Assembly (NCBI GenBank): GCA_027251445.1
Contig: JAPNQO010000011.1
Location: 1-13,879 of the forward strand
Length of the DNA stretch: 13,879 nucleotides
Source: Fidelibacterota bacterium
GTDB taxonomy: Bacteria > Fidelibacterota > Marinisomatia > Marinisomatales > TCS55
Direction: 5' to 3'
Shown here one piece after another: positions 8,767-13,879 of the stretch (its first letter is position 1; every line of letters starts with the position of its first letter). Under the pieces are notes generated by a model, which saw only the letters and a list, made by a program, of their open reading frames with translations, had not been told where the DNA came from and did no database searches. Made by a program: the position numbers and the translations under genes.

Positions 8767-10139
8767 TACTTCTTTGCCCTCCGTTTGACAAACCATATAT
8801 CTCCTATAGTAAGTCCTATATTAAAATTAGTGATGAATTTATCACTGTTGAATGAATCTGATCTATTGATAAAATTTAAACCAAAATCTAATTGATTCTT
8901 GGTCAAACCAAATTTAACACCAATCCCGACAGATAATCCTATATCATTATAACTATGTTGGGTAATATTATTTTCATTTGATTCATACTTATTCAAATGG
9001 TATTCACGAAAAAATATACCAGATCTAAAATGTAATGCTTCGTACCAAAACCTGGGTAGATCCCTTGCAAATTTAATAGCTGATATATTAAAATGATTAT
9101 AATCAGATAACTGATAATTAATATTTGACAAAATATTAGATTTATTTTTTGATACATCACTCCAAGATGAAAACTCAGTCTGCACATTTAGCAATTGAGT
9201 TAATTCATAGTTAAAACCAACAGAATATTGAGAAGGTTTAAATTGGTTTTTTAATTCAGTTTTCAATGCTGCAGGTGGTATGGAATCATTACCTGCAGGT
9301 TGAGGAAAATCATTTAAATCATAATAACCATTTCCATTTATGTCTTCAAACGGATAAAATGAATAATTGCTTACTCTAAATGGATGCAGAACTGAACTAA
9401 ATGATAGGGTTATTATTAAATTTCGTTTTCCTATATTAATTCTATTTGATGATAAATACGCATTAACTAAAGCTCCATCATAAATATTCCTTTGGTTGTA
9501 AATATAATTAATATCATTTTCTCCAGATTCATCTATTACCCCATCAAAATCATCATCTATCCCATTATTTCCTTCATTATAAGAAAAATCAATCTGATTT
9601 CTACTTGAACCAAAGAGATAATTAAATTTTAAAGCCACTTTTTCTGAATTTGTTAACTTTGCTGCTATAGAAAAAGAAAAGTCAGATATACCACCACCAC
9701 CATTGATGCTTTTATTAAAATTAAGTGTATCCTGATTAATATACTTAATTTCACTATTATCAGATCTTAAAGAATATAATTGAGAGCTATAGGGTTGTAA
9801 ACCTATACCAATTGCATATCTACCTTTAATTGGAAGAATAAATTGAAATTGATTTAATCCTGATAAAATATTTTCATAATTTTTTAATTTATCTTGTATT
9901 TGGACACCACCATAATTAATAGATATATATGCAAAAGGCATATTCATCCATGTGGTCGGATTATTTAAGGAAATTTTTCTTTGAAAGTCAGGCATTAGAC
10001 CAATACTTCCGGCACCTATAACAGACGCGTTGTGTGCTAATGAAATTTCACCAAGCCCATACGCACTGTATACATCTTGACCTTTAATAGAGGAACACAA
10101 TAAAATTAAAAATAGATAGTATTTATTAAGGCGAAACAT
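8766..10139 (-). CDS. Outer-membrane beta-barrel protein (FCB-type, possibly FadL/OmpP1-like)
   Basis: Signal peptide; N-terminal VYSAYGLGE...GAGSIG...NNPTTW; GIGLQPYS; GGGGIS; FNYLFG; alternating beta-strand pattern; C-terminal GDIWFVKRR, as I recall for conserved Bacteroidota membrane proteins. Confidence 0.7.
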   Translation of the reverse strand: MFRLNKYYLFLILLCSSIKGQDVYSAYGLGEISLAHNASVIGAGSIGLMPDFQRKISLNNPTTWMNMPFAYISINYGGVQIQDKLKNYENILSGLNQFQFILPIKGRYAIGIGLQPYSSQLYSLRSDNSEIKYINQDTLNFNKSINGGGGISDFSFSIAAKLTNSEKVALKFNYLFGSSRNQIDFSYNEGNNGIDDDFDGVIDESGENDINYIYNQRNIYDGALVNAYLSSNRINIGKRNLIITLSFSSVLHPFRVSNYSFYPFEDINGNGYYDLNDFPQPAGNDSIPPAALKTELKNQFKPSQYSVGFNYELTQLLNVQTEFSSWSDVSKNKSNILSNINYQLSDYNHFNISAIKFARDLPRFWYEALHFRSGIFFREYHLNKYESNENNITQHSYNDIGLSVGIGVKFGLTKNQLDFGLNFINRSDSFNSDKFITNFNIGLTIGDIWFVKRRAKK

Positions 10140-11382
10140 ATTGTATAAATAATTCAGGGTTTAGAGAGTCCAATACAGATGTATCTGCAAAAATTGAATA
10201 AAGATTAAAAGGACTTGAAGTATTTATTACCTCTAGTTTCAATCCATAATTTGATACATATCCAAAATAAATTAATTGTAAATATTCTCTAATATTTAGA
10301 CTAACCTTTCCATTATCAGAAATATTTACAACTGGTAGAATATTGGGAATAACATCAATTGGATCATCTAATAACACACCTTGAAGTTCTCCATATTGAA
10401 TTGTATCTAATACAGGCTGTACCTGTAAATAGAAATTTGATTCAGTTGAATCAAAAGGATAATAAAATGACAATTCAGCTTTGGTAATGATTGACTGTAT
10501 TGGTAATGGAGATAGCATAGAATCTAAGTTAGGTATTTCTATTAACCCTTTATATGCTAAACCTCTTCCTAAAGTAAGTAAACCAGGTGTAGTATCAACA
10601 GAAGGTGGAATAATTATAGATAAATCATCTGTAGATATAAATTCATGCATTAGGGTGTCTACTGAAATTGAATCTGAGGTTGAATCTAGATAGGTCGTAT
10701 CATGAGTAAAAATTTGTAATTTGGGCGCAAAAGCAAAGCCAGATTCACTACTTTTGAAAGATAAGACATCTGATAAATCAAATTTAGACTTAACCATCAG
10801 TGTTTTATTTTGGTCAATATTTGAAGAATCTATAAATGAATGAATAATGCTTAAAACATTAAATGAAACTGTAGGAAATATAGTTTCATTAGAATCAGGT
10901 GTTATTTGAAATAATCTACTACTCGAAATGTATACTGGGTTAAGATCATTCTCATTTAAGTTTAAATAATTACTATTAGTTTCATTAAAAATAGAATCAC
11001 CCGAATTTGGGAAATAATACAAATCAAATATCATTCCCGTTTCAATAGTATCATTATTTAATGTTAAAATAAATTTTGCACTATCAATATTTACCGTAGA
11101 GTCCATCATCGTATCAAATGTTTCAGGAGAATTAATACTATTGCTTTGAACTTTAAAAATTGCAAATGGATTTTCAAATCCACTTGAATCTCTACCTAAA
11201 TATAATAAAGTAGAATTACCAATATTAGGTGGAGTTTGATAATTATAAGCAGTTATTGAAGAAACAGATAATGTATCATGTCTCATAGATGGATTATTTA
11301 AATCAGTTGAAATTGTATTCTCTAGACAACCAAAAGAATTAATTAATAGAGAAAAACAAACAGTTAAATGAATATTTTTCAT
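10126..11382 (-). CDS. Predicted lipoprotein, DUF4270-like (tentative)
   Basis: Lipobox LLINSFG-C; Asp/Ser/Thr-rich; LYLGR, IITKAELSF, NYGLKL, PELFIQY motifs. Position directly after a short glycogen-synthase-like gene matches the Bacteroidota arrangement as I recall it. Confidence 0.55.
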   Translation of the reverse strand: MKNIHLTVCFSLLINSFGCLENTISTDLNNPSMRHDTLSVSSITAYNYQTPPNIGNSTLLYLGRDSSGFENPFAIFKVQSNSINSPETFDTMMDSTVNIDSAKFILTLNNDTIETGMIFDLYYFPNSGDSIFNETNSNYLNLNENDLNPVYISSSRLFQITPDSNETIFPTVSFNVLSIIHSFIDSSNIDQNKTLMVKSKFDLSDVLSFKSSESGFAFAPKLQIFTHDTTYLDSTSDSISVDTLMHEFISTDDLSIIIPPSVDTTPGLLTLGRGLAYKGLIEIPNLDSMLSPLPIQSIITKAELSFYYPFDSTESNFYLQVQPVLDTIQYGELQGVLLDDPIDVIPNILPVVNISDNGKVSLNIREYLQLIYFGYVSNYGLKLEVINTSSPFNLYSIFADTSVLDSLNPELFIQYVSP

Positions 11383-11407
11383 AAAATAATATTATTAATA
11401 CGATTAA

Positions 11408-12229
11408 TTAACTATAAAGTTTCTGCAAGCGATTATTAATCTTATCAGCAACCTTTTCGTAATCAGGTGATTCATCTGCTGTTTTTACTATTAATAACTT
11501 ATTCTTTTTGACGCTAGGAAGTTTTATAAGTGCTTTTGATACTTCCTTAGAAGGAGTATCGATAGCAATAATTAAATCTACATTTTGAGCTGCAGCATCA
11601 TAGGCATTTACAAGACCCTTATTAGCACCATCTGGATCAGATAATCCGATTTTTGAAAAAAGGCCTGTATTAATATCTATAAATTCTTCTTCATAGTCAT
11701 GCACAACAAGAATTGATTTAATATTCTTATAAAAATCATCTAGCTGATAGTGTTCCTTATAGAATGCTGGAACCAACGCTGACTGCCAATTATTACACCA
11801 CATTAAATCAGGCTTCCAAAACAAATGAGGAAGGATTGCTAGAGATGCTTTAGAAAAAAAAGCAAATCTTTCATGAATATCTGAGATAACCCTACCATTC
11901 TTTGCCTTATAGATTAGGTTAGTTAGTGGTTTAAATCTTTTAGTATCCTCTAAGAAGTATACTTGAACACGCGTTTTAGGAATAAAAGCACTCTTGGCAG
12001 AAGTAATTACGTTTTCTTTTCCAAATTTGAATGGTATTTCTCGTAATCTAATTACTTCTCTAAGAATGTATTTTCTTTCACTAACATATCCATATTTTGG
12101 AATTATTGTTCTGATATCATGTTCTTTATCCTGTAATAATAAAGGAACCTTAGCAGAAAATTCTGATAAAGATGAAGTATTTGCGAACGGAACTATCTCA
12201 GTAGTTAAATAAAATATTTTTAATTTCAT
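11408..12229 (-). CDS. Glycogen/starch synthase N-terminal (Glyco_transf_5) domain-only protein
   Basis: KIFYLTTEIVPF, DIRTIIPKYG, VQVYFL, ERFAFFSKA, WKPDLMWCNNWQSALVP, KSILVVH align with the GlgA N-terminal domain. Only 273 aa; no C-terminal GT-B domain. Confidence 0.85.
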   Translation of the reverse strand: MKLKIFYLTTEIVPFANTSSLSEFSAKVPLLLQDKEHDIRTIIPKYGYVSERKYILREVIRLREIPFKFGKENVITSAKSAFIPKTRVQVYFLEDTKRFKPLTNLIYKAKNGRVISDIHERFAFFSKASLAILPHLFWKPDLMWCNNWQSALVPAFYKEHYQLDDFYKNIKSILVVHDYEEEFIDINTGLFSKIGLSDPDGANKGLVNAYDAAAQNVDLIIAIDTPSKEVSKALIKLPSVKKNKLLIVKTADESPDYEKVADKINNRLQKLYS

Positions 12230-12239
12230 ATATGGAAAA

Positions 12240-13067
12240 CTATTCTAAGCTTAATTGCTTTAGTGATTCTTTTGCTCGACTAAAGTATTCGCTACTAGGA
12301 AAGTAGTCCACCATCCTTTGATATTCTTCACGAGCTTTTACAAGGTTACCAAGACTTTGATAAGAAAGTGCAAGTTTTAATTGTGAATCATCATCTTTAT
12401 CAGTCCCTGGAAATGTAAATACTTTTTCAAATTCTAATATAGCCCTCTTATAATTTTTAGTTGAATAATAACATTCTGCTAACCAATACTGACTATTATC
12501 AGCTAAATCATTTGAAGGATCTTCAATTACTAAGCTGGAAAAACCAGTTATTGCTTGAGCATAATCACCATTTTGGTAATAACTTAATGCCTCAATATAT
12601 TTTTTCTTATACTCTACAGGGCTAATTTTAGCTTTTACACCACTTGTTTGCTTATCAGAGCGCAAACTATACATTTCAGTAAAACTATTTGTTAAGGTCA
12701 CTATCTTATTCTCAATCATTACTAATTGAGCTAGGATCTCAAAGTTTGTACTATCAGTATAAATAGATTTATCTTCTAACATTCTGATTTTATTTTGAAG
12801 AGTATTAATTCTATTAATAAGTAAAATAGCAACAGAATCAGTTTGTTTTTTTGCTTCAACCGTAGCTCTTAATGTATTCCTTAAATCAGGAAGTAAAATA
12901 CTAATCTGAGTCTCAAGAGAATCAGTCCGTACTCTTTCACGGTCTATTTTTGCATTTAATCTTTTTAACTCTCTTTTAATGTCTGTTTGTTGAGCGATGG
13001 ATACATCAATAGATGTAAACATTAAAACTAGAAAAACAAAACAGAAATATATTATAGATTTATTCAA
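12240..13067 (-). CDS. CpoB/YbgF-like periplasmic coiled-coil + TPR protein
   Basis: TTG start, signal peptide, long coiled-coil region, then YIEALSYYQNGDYAQAITGF...PSNDLADNSQYWLAECYY...KDDDSQLKLALSY...FPSSEY, typical of the YbgF TPR domain. Confidence 0.8.
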   Translation of the reverse strand: MNKSIIYFCFVFLVLMFTSIDVSIAQQTDIKRELKRLNAKIDRERVRTDSLETQISILLPDLRNTLRATVEAKKQTDSVAILLINRINTLQNKIRMLEDKSIYTDSTNFEILAQLVMIENKIVTLTNSFTEMYSLRSDKQTSGVKAKISPVEYKKKYIEALSYYQNGDYAQAITGFSSLVIEDPSNDLADNSQYWLAECYYSTKNYKRAILEFEKVFTFPGTDKDDDSQLKLALSYQSLGNLVKAREEYQRMVDYFPSSEYFSRAKESLKQLSLE

Positions 13068-13141
13068 AATAGGATATAACGATACGCAAGTTCATATATA
13101 ATTTAGCGATCTGAGAGTCTAACATCAATTCCTTTTAATTT

Positions 13142-13879
13142 TCATTCAATTGGCTCCATACCCATTTTTAAAACTAAAGCCACCATTATATAACATGATA
13201 ATAAAAAAGATCCACCTGCAGATATAAAAGGCAAAGGAAGACCTTTTACGGGAATTAATCCTGTAGACATAGCTGCATTTACAAAAACATGAGATAAAAA
13301 TATTGTTCCAATCCCAATAAGCACTAACCCAGCAAAACGCTCTTTTGAATAAAAAGCTAGATTAATGATTTTTATAATAAAAAACGCAAAAACTATTAAC
13401 ATAAAAGCTATCGTTATAAAGCCAAATTCTTCACCAATCACAGAAACGATAAAATCGGATTCCTGTACTGGAAGAAATTTTAAATGCGTCTGAGTACCCT
13501 CTCCAATACCTTTACCAAGGAAACCTCCAGACCCTATTGCAACTTTACTCTGTATGGTTTGATAAGCTGCACCAAGCGGATCTAATTCGGGATTAAATAA
13601 CGTTAAAATTCTTTTTTGCTGGTATGGTCTTAATCCATTCCATAATAAAGGAGCTAATAAACCCAAAAATATATTTCCAAAGTAAAATATTATCCCAAAA
13701 AATATATTTGGTCGAGAAAGATATAAAATAATACCCATTATTATTGCCCATGTTGTAAAAGATACAGTATGAAAAGCTGTCCCAATGCTAAATATAGGCG
13801 CTATTAACATAAATAAATGGAAAGGTCTAGAACCCACCCAGTACAACATAGGTAATACTGGTGTTAATAAAATCAATGC
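13142..13879 (-). CDS. rodA: Rod shape-determining SEDS peptidoglycan glycosyltransferase RodA, C-terminal part (5' end outside window)
   Basis: LRPYQQKRI, DPLGAAYQTIQSKVAIGSGGFLGKGIGEGTQTHLKFLP, DFIVSVIGEEFGF, GLIPVKGLPLPFISAGGS. The DPLG..YQ..QS and GKG...GTQ signatures favour RodA over FtsW. Confidence 0.9.
   Translation of the reverse strand, partial: ALILLTPVLPMLYWVGSRPFHLFMLIAPIFSIGTAFHTVSFTTWAIIMGIILYLSRPNIFFGIIFYFGNIFLGLLAPLLWNGLRPYQQKRILTLFNPELDPLGAAYQTIQSKVAIGSGGFLGKGIGEGTQTHLKFLPVQESDFIVSVIGEEFGFITIAFMLIVFAFFIIKIINLAFYSKERFAGLVLIGIGTIFLSHVFVNAAMSTGLIPVKGLPLPFISAGGSFLLSCYIMVALVLKMGMEPIE

Noticed and set aside
8767..8796. Longer N-terminus (MVCQTEGKEV) of the TPR protein
   Set aside because: Overlaps the barrel gene's C-terminus; ATG at 8766 in a TAATG junction is more plausible.
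8993..9187. 64-aa minus-strand alternate-frame ORF
   Set aside because: Nested within the barrel gene; no evidence of independent coding.
9269..9300. CTGCAGGT...ACCTGCAG inverted repeat beside a DxNxNG loop, considered as a palindromic-element end
   Set aside because: Explained by Pro-Ala codons (CCTGCAG is near-palindromic); no equivalent at the other inserts.
10481..10693. 70-aa plus-strand ORF
   Set aside because: Antisense shadow of the lipoprotein gene.
11994..12212. 72-aa plus-strand ORF
   Set aside because: Antisense shadow of the GT5-domain gene.
1..13879. CRISPR array, tRNA/rRNA, IS or prophage
   Set aside because: Almost fully coding; the largest gap is 179 bp; no regularly spaced repeats or mobile-element genes were recognised.

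Overview
AT-rich, tightly packed bacterial chromosomal segment with 12 genes, all on the minus strand. In transcription order: rodA (5'-truncated by the window), a CpoB/YbgF-like TPR protein, a short glycogen-synthase N-terminal-domain-only protein, a DUF4270-like lipoprotein, an outer-membrane beta-barrel, a TPR lipoprotein, glyA, a TPAT-type TRAP transporter (tatT, dctP/tatP, fused dctQM), a PorV/PorQ-family barrel and an M6-metallopeptidase-like secreted protein. The glyA insertion, the porV-like gene and the envelope gene cluster indicate an FCB-superphylum organism; Marinisomatota/Marinimicrobia is my best guess, not proven. No RNA genes, CRISPR array, transposase or prophage genes were recognised. 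The most unusual signal is a 34-aa (102-bp) ungapped module starting with an EF-hand-like DxDxDG loop. It is shared by two structurally unrelated proteins 4 kb apart (the PorV barrel and TatT) and lies in apparent loop insertions; related acidic loops occur in PorV and the other barrel. Other oddities: the M6-like gene has lost its zinc ligands and has an in-frame TAA followed by continued family-like sequence, and tatT appears to need a non-canonical (CTG) start to include its lipoprotein signal peptide.
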